Source: Vicugna vicugna (taxonomy: Eukaryota). Taken from it: a stretch of 64,000 nt of DNA. A model generated the notes under the pieces. It had not been told where the DNA came from. It saw only the letters and a program-made list of their open reading frames with translations, and did no database searches. The stretch covers positions 5,824,258 to 5,888,257 of the forward strand of contig MU060042.1 of assembly GCA_013265495.1 (NCBI GenBank). The letters are read 5' to 3'. Below are positions 12,801 to 26,015 of this stretch, piece after piece; position 1 is the first letter of the stretch, and each line of letters starts with the position of its first letter. Position numbers and translations under genes: made by a program.

Positions 12801-13939
12801 GACATCTCAGTGGCCGGGCGTCAGCCGGGCTGGCTAAGAGGGAGCTGTTGTGGGGCTCCGGCCGTTGCTGCACAGAGTGAGGCGGCCCCCGTCCGACGGA
12901 AAACCCCTCAGTTCACAACGAGCTTTGTGACGAGTTGTGTCCGTGGCGGCACGCTGGCGTTGGCCACAGCGGGACAGAGAACGAAGCAGCCCAGTGACTG
13001 CCTTACAGTTTCCTTGTGTGGATGAGGAAGCGATGTGGTATAATTAGGTGTGATTGGAGCGCACACGCTTCCGGTAAGATCTGAAATTAATGATGTTGCT
13101 ATAGTGACACATCTGCAGCCACCAGTGCGTGAAACATAAAGTAATTCACTCAACAAGAGCCGGCGTCTGTTAGCTGCCAGGGCGCGGGGCGTATTGACGC
13201 TGACCAGAAATTCGAGACGTTCTGTGATGAACGAGCAAACGATGCTGAAACTGGAGGACAGATCATTTGTGCTTCATCTGCCGGAGAACTTTCATCTTCC
13301 CGCTGGTTGCGCTGACAAAGCCATTGTTTAAAGAACAATGCCTCAGAGAACTCATAAATTTTAAAACTTAACTCGGGTGCAGCCTATTAAAGCAATATAT
13401 TAATTCCTTTGTTCAGAGTTTTTATCTTCACGTGGAATGAAGCCATTACTGAAACACCCACTGAAACACTGAAACAACAGGTTTTAGGACTCGTGTTAAT
13501 TGTAGCATCCATTACCCAACATGCCATGTTGTTTAGACTCGAATCACACGGAAGCCTCGTGGGCTGGCATCATCGCGGGGGAAGCGTCGCTTCCATGGTT
13601 TCCAGGGCCCCAGAGCTGCCGCCTCTCGGGGGTTCGGAGTGTCCTGCAGCCTCTCCCCACAACGTCTCCAGTTACAAGAGCACAAGCCGTGCTGCTGGGG
13701 CAGTTGCCGCTGAGCCGTGTGGTCGGACGCGAGGTGGATGTCGTGGTCCAGCTGGGACATCCACACAGACGGTCTTCCGAGAAAGCCTCACACACAGCAG
13801 AGAAGACATGTGACTTCTCATTAAACGATGTCAGATATGTTTTATTTGGATGTGTCCTTTTCAGTTTGGTAAATCAGTCTTAGTCACTTAGAAGTTTTGT
13901 TTCCATTCCTTTGTCTTAAGGTCTAAGTAGCTGTGGGGT

Positions 13940-14079
13940 TTTGTTGGTTGGTTGGTTGGTGGAGGGTGGTGATCAGGTTTATTTATTTATTTATTATTTT
14001 TTAAGGGTAGCCCTGGGGATGGAGCCCAGGACCTCACGCATGCTAGGCACGCGCTCCACCGCTGAGCTGTGCCCTCCCC
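13940..14079 (-). mobile_element. tRNA-Ala-derived SINE (vic-1-like)
   Basis: Reverse complement reads GGGGAGGGCACAGCTCAGCGGTGGAGCGCGTGCCTAGCATGCGTGAGGTCCTGGG...(AAAT)n...(CCAA)n; same family as 26833. Confidence 0.85.
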
Positions 14080-14999
14080 ACGGCCACTGATCTGCGTGGT
14101 CACCACTTTGCTTGACTAGAGTCTTCACAGGAGGTCTGTGCCGTCCAGGCAAGCTGCCTGCCCTGTGCTGAAGGTCCTCTCCTGTGACGAGGTCACGTTG
14201 GGGTCTGAGGCCAAATCACGGTCTTGGGAGATCTGATCAGAAAGCTTGCATCTGCTGCTCGGACGTCTCCTCCATGTGTCTGGGAGTCACCTCTGTCACC
14301 ACCCTGAGAACGGTCCCTGTGGGAGTTTTTCCCTGGAAACTAATTTCCTCTTTGCCTACTTGGCTCATTGTAGTTCACGAAACCCTGCTTCATTAAAGAA
14401 CTACAGCTTTTTCTTTTTTCCAGAAATCCAAAACAAGCCTTTTGTTGAAAGGCACCTATGCATGGAGCTGCCGTGGTGCCCAGTGGGGTGTGAGGCTCTG
14501 TGACGTGGCAGTCCACCAGCCCCCCTGCCGCAGCTGGCCCTGCCTGCCCTTCACAGTGTTTCCAATTTGGGATGTACCAACTTCTGCTGATTTAAGAAGA
14601 CACATGTTGTAGAAACCATCAAATGACAAATCACAAGAATCATTTAAGATAAGACTTGAAAAAATTTTGCATTACTGACTCTTTTAATACCTGGTTTAAC
14701 CTTACACTTCTCTGCTGCCCAAGAGGGCCCGGAAGGTCGGGGACTAGCACTGACTGTCCCCCTCAGCACCTAGCAGAGTCAGCTGCACAGTAAAAACATC
14801 ACTGAAATTTTAGAAAATATTTTTATGATTCATCTTAATATGTTAAGTAGTCTTACGAGACACATAAAGGAATGTCGGCGTAAATGTTCCAGTTTCTGTG
14901 ACCCAACAGAATGTGAGCATACTTGTTTAAAGGGCAAAATAACAAATCTTTTCTTGTTTATTGAATGGGAAATGCTAGTCATTTCTTTAGATACGTCAT

Positions 15000-15430
15000 T
15001 TTAAGCCATGTGAAACATGGTTTTTCAGAAACTTAGACATTTCAGCGATAGAGCGGGTATCACTACAGCGTCTGGGTCAGTTGGCAGACCGTCAGGCTGC
15101 CACTCAAGCACTCGGCACAGCCATGGTGCTGCCTCCACCACAGCCGGAGAGCGGACTCAGGCTCTCCCTCCCCCTGCCCAGCCTGAGTTGACCGCCAGGG
15201 ATTTGCCTGTTCTGGACGCATCACAGAAACGCAGCCGTACGTTGTGTGGCCTCTTCTGACCGGCTTCCTTCACTCAGCACAGCATTTCGAGGTTCATCCA
15301 CATGGTAGCCTGTGTCAGTGCCTGGGCTCTTCTTATTGCAGAATAACATTCCACTGCACGGATGTACCATATTTTATTTATCCATGCATCTGTTGGTGGA
15401 CATTAGAGCTGTTTCTGCTCTTTGTCTACA
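15000..15430 (-). mobile_element. Old L1 (L1MB/MC-like) 3' fragment
   Basis: ggcttccttcactcagcacagcatttcgaggttcatccacatggtagc...aataacattccactgcacggatgtaccatattttatttatcc. Confidence 0.65.
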
Positions 15431-15720
15431 ATGAATTATTCAAGGTGCTAGCCAAAGCAATTGGGCAAGAAAAAGAAAAAGACATCCGTATTGTGAAGGA
15501 AAGTGGAGCTATCTGTGTGACATGGTCTCTGTGTAGAAACTCCTAGGGAATCCCCTAAAAGTCTGTTATAAGATAGAGGACTTGTTGCTGATGACATTAT
15601 GTGATATAACCTCAAGTTAAAGTTAATTATTCTTTATTTAATGAAACTGGTGTAACCAGAAAACCCTTTAAGTGCATTTCTCATGTAACTTTGATTATGT
15701 TAATCAAAGAAGCATTAATC
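15431..15720 (+). mobile_element. L1 ORF2 (RT region) fragment
   Basis: aggtgctagccaaagcaattgggcaagaaaaagaaaaagacatccgtattgtgaagg encodes a decayed VLARAIRQEKEIKGIQIGK-like peptide. Confidence 0.6.
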
Positions 15721-17154
15721 AAAGGAGCCATTTGTTCAGGGCGGTAGAGGGGCTGCATAGAATTTTGTAAAAGGCAAAATTTGTGAAGCTAACGTGCATC
15801 CCTGACAGGAGCTGCTCTTTGAGATTTAAGGAACTCTGATACATTTTGTACATTCCTTTGACAGGGCTTATCAAACAGCCTCTAAAATAATCATTGTAAA
15901 TTGTAGACTCTCCTTTGACTTTGAAACGACCTCTGTGCCTGGTGGGGGTTCTGTCAGATGAGCTGTTTTGCTGCGAACGTGAGTCCTCATGGGCGTGTGT
16001 GGAGTCAGAGAGGGGTGTGTAAACAGTCCGTATTGTACTTTCTGCATCACATGAGCCAAAGAAAACAAGAATTAGTATTTTCAAATGTTTTGTAGCGACG
16101 TGAAAAGTCCAGCTTGTGCTGTGATCGCTCGTCTGTCCGTGTTCACACTTACAACTTCGTCAGTGTCAGTGGACAGTCCTTCTCTGTGCTTTGAAACAAG
16201 CTCAGAGATCCCGGGGAGGCCCCAGACCCACAGGTCCTTGGGGCATTTGCCCCATCGCCCTCCTGCTGTGAAACCTGGGAAGCAAGAACCTGTGTTGTGT
16301 GAGAGTATTTCCAGGTGAGGGGATGCACATGGAGCGTTCAGGTCTCCTTCAGAGCCAGGAGGTGAATGACTCCGAGTTATGTGCCACTTTTAATGAAAAT
16401 TCACCGAGTTTTTAAATGTGTGACGTCATGTCTGCCTGTCCTTCTTTCTGTTCATGATGGCACTTCACCGCATTGGTTGTGTGTCTTTTTGATACACGTG
16501 ATGCTGAAACCAGGAAACCTCATAAAATTGACCTGCTGTACTCCTCAGGGTGCCTTGATTCACCCCAGGAGGGAGGGCGTCCCAGCTCCCGCTCCCCTGG
16601 GGTCTGGCCAGGGGGCCGGGGCCTGAGGACAGAGGAGTAGGGCCTCACTGGTTGGAAACCAGCTCAAGAGAAGGTGCGTTTCCTTTCTCACCTCTTCTGC
16701 CTGCATGCAAGCGGATGCCAGGTGTTAAACGCATTGTTTTGTTCAATGAGAAATACTTAATTTTTCAAAATAGGTTTATTTGGAAGGGTCAGATGCGCGG
16801 ATTTGGGCTGGGCGGGTCCACGGTCTGGAGTGTGGACACGTGGTTCCCACCCGTCTCTCTCAGACCGGGCAGGACTTGCATTTGTACAAATAACAGACTG
16901 AACTGAAAGGCAGACTTTCTTCACAGACTACTGCCCATCGCATTCTCAAGAGTTACCAGAAAGGGAGCCTGACGTTTTGGGAGGAAAGTTCTGGTCTCAC
17001 TAGTGGAATGAACGTGGAGGCAGTGCAGAGAACGCCTGCAGGAGCGCATGGCTGGGGCGGGAGGACGTCCAGCTGGACAGAGGCCCTGCGGGCTGCACCC
17101 TCACCCGCAGCCAGGCTGCCCGTGCTGACCACGTCCTGGTCGCTTCTGTCACAG

Positions 17155-17267
17155 GAACCCTCACCCAGAACGAGATGGTGTTTAAGCGGCTGCACCTGGG
17201 CACTGTGTCGTACGGGCCAGACACGATGGACGAGATCCAGAACCACGTGGTGGATTCCTACTCGCAG
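17155..17267 (+). CDS. ATP9B: ATP9B coding exon (approx. 14): (G)[37 protein letters not shown]
   Basis: Acceptor tgtcacag|ga and donor cgcag|gtgagc. Completes [11 protein letters not shown]. Confidence 0.96.
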
Positions 17268-19613
17268 GTGAGCTGGCTCCGGTCCTGTCCGTGATCCGTC
17301 CCCGCCCTGTCCTCCTGATGTTCTGAAGTCAGATTCGAACATGCTTTCACATTATTTCATCTGTAAATGCTTTGTCCATGTCTCCAATAGGTTGTTTTTT
17401 GTTTGGTTTTTTTTTTTGACAAAAGCTGAATCTTGTCTTTTCCACCGGAGCCTTGCAGGCGCCCCCGAGGGTACAGAGCAGGACTCCTTTCTTTCCCGTG
17501 AGGGCGTGGCCTAGCAGCCCAGCACCTGGCGGACACATTGCAGCAGGAGTTCTTGGTGAGGGCGTCTGGAGTCCTCCGCCCTCCAGGCTCTCCTGACGTC
17601 CTTCGTCCCAGGGCCCCGTGTGCACAGGTGCCCTTGAGATGAGCGGTGGGTTGGCAGCATGGGCGGTTTCCCGTTTATCCCAGGCCTTGTGGTTTCCGCG
17701 GCCCCATCCCCAAGTGGAGCTCGTGTTCCACTCACCTGGATTTCCTCCTGCTTGTCACATGGCCTGGAACCACCAATTCTGTGCAAACCCCACAACCCAA
17801 GGAAAAGAGTCCGAGTGACGGCGTGTGGGCTGCCGTCCTGTTGAGTCTCTCTGCCTCCCTGGGGACTTGTGGAGCTGCCACCCCCGTGATGATGTCAGGG
17901 TGTACCAGGTGGAAAGTGCAGGGTGCCCACGGGGGTGACAGCTCAGGCCCCTGGACGACCTGCGCACGGAGGCCGGTGCCCGCGGTCTCTGGTTTGCAGC
18001 CCGACTTTGCGCAGACTGGCCGGGATCACACTCACCCTTGCGGTTCTTCCCTGACACAGCTCCGGGGCCGGTCAGCCTCGTGCTCACCGCCCCTTTGGTC
18101 TGTGACACGTGGCCAGGCGTGTACTCACTGCGCCTGTGAGATGCCGTCTAGTGAAAAAGCCTGATTGGTGTGTATGTTTGTTGCACTTGTGACTGGACAC
18201 CCCCAGCACACTGCCACGCACAGGCACTCAAAACCAAGCACTTTACTAGTTTGGACGTCATTTGTTTTAACACAGAGTGTTTTGTAACTTGGAATATGTA
18301 ATAACGGAAGACGAGATTCAGAGGAGCAGGAGTAAGACTCCCTTCTTGTAATCTGTGTCTGCGTTCAGCAGTACCAAGTAACGTCCGGTTTTTAAAAAAT
18401 TAACTTAAGTTATCCACAAATACAACTTCAATAGCTCCAGACAAGTTATTTTACTAGGAAAAAAACTAAAGGCAGAAGAGATGAGCCATTGTCACAAATA
18501 CAGGAAGCAGTATTCCATCTGAGGAGAGTTTTAATAACCTCACCAAAAGCGATGTGGTGGTTACTGCTTAGACGGCACTTCTCCTGTGAAACCGAGCTTA
18601 TTCCTTCCGTCTGTCTTGTCGTCAAGGTGGCAGCAGTCTGCTAGTTCCGCCAGCGTTCACGGGTCTGTAACCCCGATGCTTCCCCACTGGAAGCGTTTGG
18701 TGGCACAGGGCATGATCTCCAGTGGGCTGAAAGAACTCAGTGGGAGATGAAGTCACGCAGCCATCGCTGAACGTAACCGCGGAGGCTCTGCGCGGCGGCG
18801 CGGGCTGAGGCCGGTGTGGGGTCACGGGGACCAGCTGAGCAGAGAGCGACCCCCTCGTTAGCCGGCGCTGCATTCTGACGGGCAGAGCAGGCGCAGTTTG
18901 GTGGCTGCATGGCCGCCCAGAAGCGCGACAGGCTTTCTGGGGACTGTTGTGCGTTTCCCTGAGTTCAGGGGGGGGTGTTCGCCAGGCCTCGGAGGTGGGG
19001 GCCCCCAACCCTCCCCCGTGGAGGAGGCGGCATGGAGTCAGCCCCTTCGCAGGTGGAGGCCAGGCCGACGGGCCAGGCTGAGCGGAGGGCTGTTTCCCCA
19101 GGATGCAGCGGTTCCTGCGTCTGAAAAACCACCAGTGACTGCTGCTGCGGGCTGCGTGAAGTCACGGTTTTAAGGGGACTTTCAGAAACATTTTCCCCCT
19201 GCTTTTATGCACGTTTTATGCACATTATACCGTTTTGTGCACAGCTTTTTTTTAAAGGAAAATGAAAGCAGTTGTGAGCATTCCATTCCATTCTGTTCTT
19301 TAACTGTGCTTCTAGAAGCAGTGAATAAACTGAAATTATTAAGGGCTTAGCAGGTCAATGCCACGCCTGAGGTGCATCTGGTAAAAGGAGGCAGTCAGGC
19401 TTTGAATCCGAAACAAGTATTTTGGTGTACTTGACAACCGGGACGTATCAGAGCACTTCGTAGGTATGAGGACAAAAGAGTGACTTGTCCCACTGCCCGC
19501 CCACTGGGAGGTGTCACCGGAGCCGCTTCTCTTAGCCCTCACTAGTTAGGAGTCATGTTTGTTAATAATTCCGACGCCAGCTCTGCTGCTTGGTCTCTCT
19601 TTCTGTCTGACAG

Positions 19614-19862
19614 ACGCATTCTCAACTCGGTGGAAACACCACCAGCTCCACTCCACCGAGAAAAGCCCAGTCTTCGGCTCCCAAGGTTCGGAAGAGCGTG
19701 AGCAGCCGGGTGCACGAGGCGGTGAAGGCCGTGGCCCTGTGCCACAACGTTACCCCCGTGTATGAGTCCCGAGCGGGCGTGGCCACGGACGCCGAGTTCG
19801 CCGAGGTGGACCAGGACTTCAGTGACGAGAACCGCGCCTACCAGGCCTCCAGCCCCGATGAG
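19614..19862 (+). CDS. ATP9B: ATP9B coding exon (approx. 15): THSQLGGNTT...ALCHNVTPVYE...YQASSPDE
   Basis: Acceptor tctgacag|acg and donor gatgag|gtcagt. 83 codons including the N-domain motifs LCHNV and YQASSPDE. Confidence 0.96.
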
Positions 19863-21029
19863 GTCAGTCGGGGCCTGGCCGGTGTCATCCTCCAAGTGCG
19901 AATGCCTTGGACTCGAGGCCTGGGGAGCAGATTTTCGTGCGGTGGGGAGGGGCTGCGCCATGGTGTTGATGCTCTAGACGTAGCGCAGGAGGTCGTCCCG
20001 TTCTCCTGGCATGACCTCCGGCCTGACCGACGCGTTTCGGACGTGTGTCCACGCATCTCAGAGCGTCTTAGGCACAGGAGGAAACACAGAGAAATCAGGC
20101 AGCTTACTGATTCCATAAACTGATTTGTAACCAAGTCCGGTTTTAATAAAATCCGTGGGCTACGCCACCCAGTACTTTCTTATCTCCAAATGAATCATCG
20201 GGTTTGCAGGTTGAATTTCCAGTTATTTTTGCAGAGTTTAGACACAGCGTATCTACTTTGAAAGGGAATTGGATGTAAATATTTCAAAAATCTGCAGACG
20301 ACAGAAATGGTAAAGTCTTACATGTGGTAAGTCAGTCATTTCCGACTCGACATCAGTCATCCTTTGCTTTTTAGGCTGATATGAGTTACTATTAAGTCAA
20401 TTTGTCCAGTTCCTGTACAGTGTTAGTGTACTTTATATAGTTTCCCTGTGTGCTCTTTGCTCTCAAAGTTCAGCAGACATTTCTGTAAAGTAATCCAACC
20501 AAGCATGCCCGGGGTGTACGCCGACAGACTTCTTCAAGTACTTGATAAAACTGGCTCCTGTAAGTAAATAACCCCTCAAGAAAGTACCGCTAATCGTAGT
20601 CTTAAAAATCTGGCCTCACGTTTTAAAGAGAAGAGCCTGCTGATCCCCATTAACAAGTTTATTTCCAAAGAGAACAGCCTCTGGGTAACAGCACCGCCCC
20701 GGGAGGGCCACGGTCGTGCGGAGAGCGGAGGCCTCGCGCGCGGGTCAGTCCCTGCTTGTGCCCCGGTCTGAGCAGCGCACACTCGGCAGTGACACCCTCC
20801 TGTCACCACGAAGCCTGCCGCCTGCGTGCCAGCGGGTCCCGTTCCCAAGGTGCCCTTGCACCCTCATCTGCAGGCCCAGGGTTCTTAATTAATCTTGTCC
20901 ACTCCACGAGTTTTGTTTCAGTTTTGTGTTTGTCATTTTCTACATCCATGCTCGGTTCTGGAAACGCTGATTATGCAGTCGGCCTGTGTGGGGCTGGACA
21001 TGTCTCCATTCTCAAAATCTGAAAATCAT

Positions 21030-22200
21030 TACAACATTACATGAACTACCGAGTACAGTGTAGTGATTCACGGTGTTTAAAGGTTATGCCCCGCTTACGG
21101 TTATTATGAAATATGGGCTGCGTTCCCCGTGGCCTCCAGTACATCCTTGAAGCTTATTTATTTTCACACAGTACTTTGTACCCCTTATGCCCCATGTTGA
21201 CCCTTCCCCATCCCACTCCCCACCAGTCACCTTTGGTTTGTTCTCTGTATCTGTGAGTCTCTTTCTGTTTCATTATAGTCACTGGAGTATTTTTTAGATT
21301 CCACATAAGTGATGTCATACACTANNNNNNNNNNNNNNNNNNNNNNNNNNNNNNNNNNNNNNNNNNNNNNNNNNNNNNNNNNNNNNNNNNNNNNNNNNNN
21401 NNNNNNNNNNNNNNNNNNNNNNNNNNNNNNNNNNNNNNNNNNNNNNNNNNNNNNNNNNNNNNNNNNNNNNNNNNNNNNNNNNNNNNNNNNNNNNNNNNNN
21501 NNNNNNNAAATAATGTTGCTGTGAACATTGGGGTGCCTGTATCTTTTCAGATTTTTTAGATACATACCCAGGAGTAGACTTGCTGGGCCATTTGGCAGTG
21601 CTAGCTTTCTGAGGAACCTCCATCCTGTTTCCCATAGTGGCTGCACCAGCTCACATCCCCACCAACAGTGCACGGGGCTCCCTTTTCTCCACATTCTCAC
21701 CAACACTTACTCTTCCTGTTCTTTTTGATAACCGCCATCTGATAGGTGTGAGGTCATACCTCGTGGTTTTGATTTGAATTTCTCTAGGATTGGTGATGTT
21801 GAGCATCTTTTCATGTGCCTGTAGGCCATTCTGCCTGTCCTTTTTGGAAAAATGTCTATGCAGGTCTTCTGCCCATTTTTTAATCGTGTTGTTGGGTTTC
21901 TTTGATGTTGGGTTGTACAGGCTATTTATGTCAATGGTTTCTTCTGCTTTGCAAAAGCTTTTAAGTTTAATTAGGTCCCGGTTTTTTTGCTTATATTTCC
22001 TTTGCTTTAGGAGACAGATTCCAAAACATACTGCTATAATTTATGTCAGAGAGAGTTCTACCTGTGTTTTCCGCTAGTTTCATGGTTTCTGGTGTTGTGT
22101 TTAGGTCTTTAATCCAGTTTGAGTTTATTTTTGCGTGTGGTGTTAGAGAATGATCTGATTTCAGTCTTTTACACAGAACTGTCCAGTTTTCTCAGCTCTT
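21030..22200 (-). mobile_element. L1 3' part (end of ORF2 and 3' UTR), interrupted by an assembly gap
   Basis: Minus-strand ORF 21227..21706 reads HCWWGCELVQPLWETGWRFLRKL, a well-known L1 3' fossil reading. Typical L1 3' terminus near 21030-21320. Confidence 0.85.
21325..21507. other. Assembly gap (183 N)
   Basis: Run of n characters inside the L1. Confidence 0.99.
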
Positions 22201-25200
22201 GACTTTTTTTTTTTGACAAGAAATTGTCTGACTCTAACCGGAATAAACCAATTTAAAGATTACAATACATTGTTAGTCATAGAAGAGCTTAAAGGTGGTG
22301 AAAAAACATCCAGGCAGATGAAAGCTTACTTTTATAAAACAAGGAAAGCTGAGAACAGCTCCCCCCTCCTGTTGGGTCATCCATCCCAACAGAGACGTCT
22401 CTACGAACCTGCCACCTCCTCTCTCCCTGTGTCACTCCCGCCACGACCTTGGGGTACAGGTCACCGGGGATAGGACGCTTCTCAGAAGGGGACACACCAC
22501 CCCCTTTTTCTTGCAGAGAAAGGGTTGTTTTTCGTACCCTAACATTATAGAAAGTCTTTCTAGCTCCATGTGATTGCATGTTGGAAACGTGTTGTTTCCC
22601 AGTGCTGAGGATGGGAAACAGACCACAGGTATTTCCCAAGGAAAATTTTACTGGAAGTTTTAAATACTACATTACATTATTTGCCTTATTACTTGCCAAA
22701 AATAAAAGCAAATTTTGTTGAAAGTACATGGGCTTTTTCAAAGTGATAACACTTTTGATCTGTTCAAGGAATTCACGACAGAGAGGGGGTTCATGGGTTA
22801 GAAGATTTCCAGAACTAAGTTGGAGGTGCTAATCTTGTGTGAAAAATTTTTCAGTTTAAAATTTCTTCCTGCTTTGAAAATTGGACAGTGATCAAAAGTG
22901 GCAGCCGTTAAATAACCTGAGAGAAGTCCTCAGCCCTGAAAGCGAGGAGAGCAGACGTCCCCGTAGCTGCCTCTGGCACAGCGTTTGCAGGTCCCCGGAG
23001 GCTATGGGGCGTCTGAACGCTCGCTACTTGGCTTCCTGAACTTTGCTGCAGTCGACTGACAGATGATGGCATTGTCGCCCCGTCACTGAAGTACTGTTTT
23101 AGAAGCATTTTTGATTAAATAAGGTGCTCAGACCACTGCACCCTGGAGCTGCATTCAGGGAGCCGGCTGGTGCTGTCTGTTCGCCCCCCCACTCTGACCT
23201 GTCGCAGCGAATGCAGCTCAGAAGCAGCCCTGCCGCGCGGGAGGCGTAACCAGGGCCGTCAGTTCTGTGCCAGCGCCCCCTTGGCCGCGCCGGCCTGTCT
23301 GTGGCGCTGGGTCTCTCGGTCTGTAGAGGGAGCGTGCGAGGGGTTGTCGCTGGTGCTGCTGCCATTCTCCACCTCCACTTCCCCGAAGACGGAGAGGCTC
23401 TTCTGCCCGGCCTGTGCGTGCGCACCGCGAACTGTACTGATGGCGGAGTCGCGGGGAGCCGGGCGCCGAGGACCCGCGGTGCTGAGGACGTCTGGTTCTT
23501 CACGTGCAGGGAGTGCTGGTCCGAGTGAGTCGGAGATTGCACATTCAGCGTGTGGCGCCTACTTAGGCCCCGGTCGCTGTTTCTTATGATAAGTGATCGA
23601 TCTTTCATTTTCTCCAGGAGAGCAGGAAGGCTTGCTCGCCTGTCGCTTTGTGTCTGCAGCCTCAGCAAAGCAAACTCCAGCTTGGCCACGTGCAGTGCTC
23701 CCGGGAGTTCCCGGGCAAGTGAAAACCCAGCCCTCGCGAGCCGTGTGTCCCCCAGTGCAGGAAGCTGAGCCAGCCAGTGTCCCCACCGGCACTGGCCCCG
23801 TGTCAGCTCAGGAGGCCAGGCCTTGGGCAGGGGAGCGAGCCCAGGGCTACACAGCCTCCTCGACTGCTGGCCCCGTTGGTCCCGAGGGGCTGATTGGCTG
23901 TGATGCGTGACGACCGCTGACACTGGTAAATTTGCTTTTTCTCCTCTGGCCACATCGTCTCACACCCGTAAGTTCCACATTGATATTATTTCAGGGCCTT
24001 CGTGTGCCAGCAGCAGCTAAAACTTATGACAAATCATAAGCAGATTATTTAAAAGCAGAATAACATCCCTTCCTTAACAGCATTGCTTTTGGATTTACCG
24101 GAGTAAGAAGCGCGCTCTAATGTATGCAGCATGCTGTAGCCTTACACTCACCGTATCGTGTGTGTTTATTGAAGCAGGACTAATTGTGGTGTCTCGTCAA
24201 CATGTCTGTGGGGAGTAGATCCCCGTCGGTGTCGTGAGCCCTCCTCCGTGGCCCTTAGGAGAAGGGCAAAAAGCATCCACTCGGCCATCGTGGGGATTGA
24301 TCGGCAGTTTTCCAGGCGTCAGACTGCATTTTATGTTCGTAATTCTATTAAATTATAGCAGTGATGGTAGGACCACAACTGAGAGTGAAGACGTGTCGGT
24401 GATCGATTGTGACTTACGAAGTGCGTGGTAGAAAACGTGTCCCTCAGCACAGCTGACAGTGCTGTGCGTACAGCTGCGGATACGACAGAGAAGTTTCCCC
24501 CAAGCACTCCAAGAGTAATAGCACAGAAATTTCTGAGCAGTGGAATTATAGAGAAAAATTAATAATGGAATCTTGCCCCGTATTATATTTCCTGTCACTT
24601 GTTAGGACTCGTGGAAATATTTTCCCGTCCTGGGCACTTAGCCTGGAGAAGTGTGAGCGTGAACAGACTGCCTGTGACAGAGGTCACCTCAGCTGCTACA
24701 GTGTGACCTGTGGATGAGATGAGGCTCAGGCTCCCACTTAAATATATTTTTTACATTTACATTTTAATTATTTTGGCCTTTGTATTATTGTCAATAATCA
24801 CATCGTTAGAAATTTCCAAAGCTAAGTGAGAGAAACAAGTCATTCTTACATGGCCTGTGCCATCACTGAGAGCATCCAAAGGAAGCAAGAGAAGAAGCCT
24901 CCCCACCCGTGAGGTCCACACTGGTGGGGAAAGCCGGCAGCAGTGTGTTAATCGCTCCTGAGATGAATTCTGAGCCAAAGACCTACAAATGCCACCCACC
25001 CTCGGCAGCTTTCTTTCTGTGTGTGTCCTGTTAGAAGCACCATGCTTAGTGGCAACCTGACCCAGTGTGGAGGATGAGATCCTGGGATGAGACCCAGTGG
25101 GAGGCTGAGAGGAGCCGTGGTTGGGGAGGCCAGAGGTCAGAAGCAGTCTCCATGTGAGCACTGGGCAGCTCCCGCTCAGGCACCACCTACTGGGGGCAGT

Positions 25201-25269
25201 CACGAGACAGAAACTCCACCTTCACCAGCTGACATGGTAGGCATTGTCTTCAAAACCAAACCAAGGCTC

Positions 25270-26015
25270 TGGTAAGAATAAATGAAATAAATGAAGTTGG
25301 CATCCAACTAAAAAGTTTAGAAGAAAAAGATAAAACCAAGCAAAGGAGGAGAAAGAAAAGATAAAGGAAAACATAAAAGTAATGATTGAGAAAACAGTAA
25401 ATTCAAAAGCTGATCCTTTGAAAGGTAAATAAAACGAAAAAACTACTGGCAAAAATAGTAAATAATACAAAACAGTGTAAACTAAGTATGCACAGATAAA
25501 ATTATGCATATTAATAGACAAATGAGCTTAAAATTTTGTAAGAATATTAAATGCTAATATTGGACCAGTTTTATAGGTCAGTTATTTTGACCCACACATA
25601 AGTCCTAAGTCCTACACTATAAAAACTTTTCTGAAACAAGGAGAGAATTCCAGAGCCTTTTCAATCATTGTATGCATCTAACTTAATGCTAAATTCTACA
25701 GTCTGACCAAAATAACACAAATATACCCACAATAAAAAAGAAACTTATGGATGAATCTTATGAACTAGAGATACAGAAATTCTAAAACATAATGCAAACA
25801 AATCAAACATATGGTGTGTCGAAAGAACATGACCAGGTGGCATTTATTCTAGGAATACAAGAATGATTCATTATTGGAAAATACATTAGTATGGCTTTAT
25901 GTCTGTAAGTTGGAGGTCACATGATAATCTCACTTCCATTAGAGGCTTTAAAAGCATTTAAGGTAAAAATTCAATACCCTTTCCTGACCTAAACAGAGTG
26001 CCCCCCCATCCAATA
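25270..26015 (+). mobile_element. Ancient L1 ORF2 fragment
   Basis: A-rich + strand; catgaccaggtggcatttattctaggaatacaagaatgattca and aaaattcaataccctttcctga match the L1 ORF2 RT-proximal region. Confidence 0.7.
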
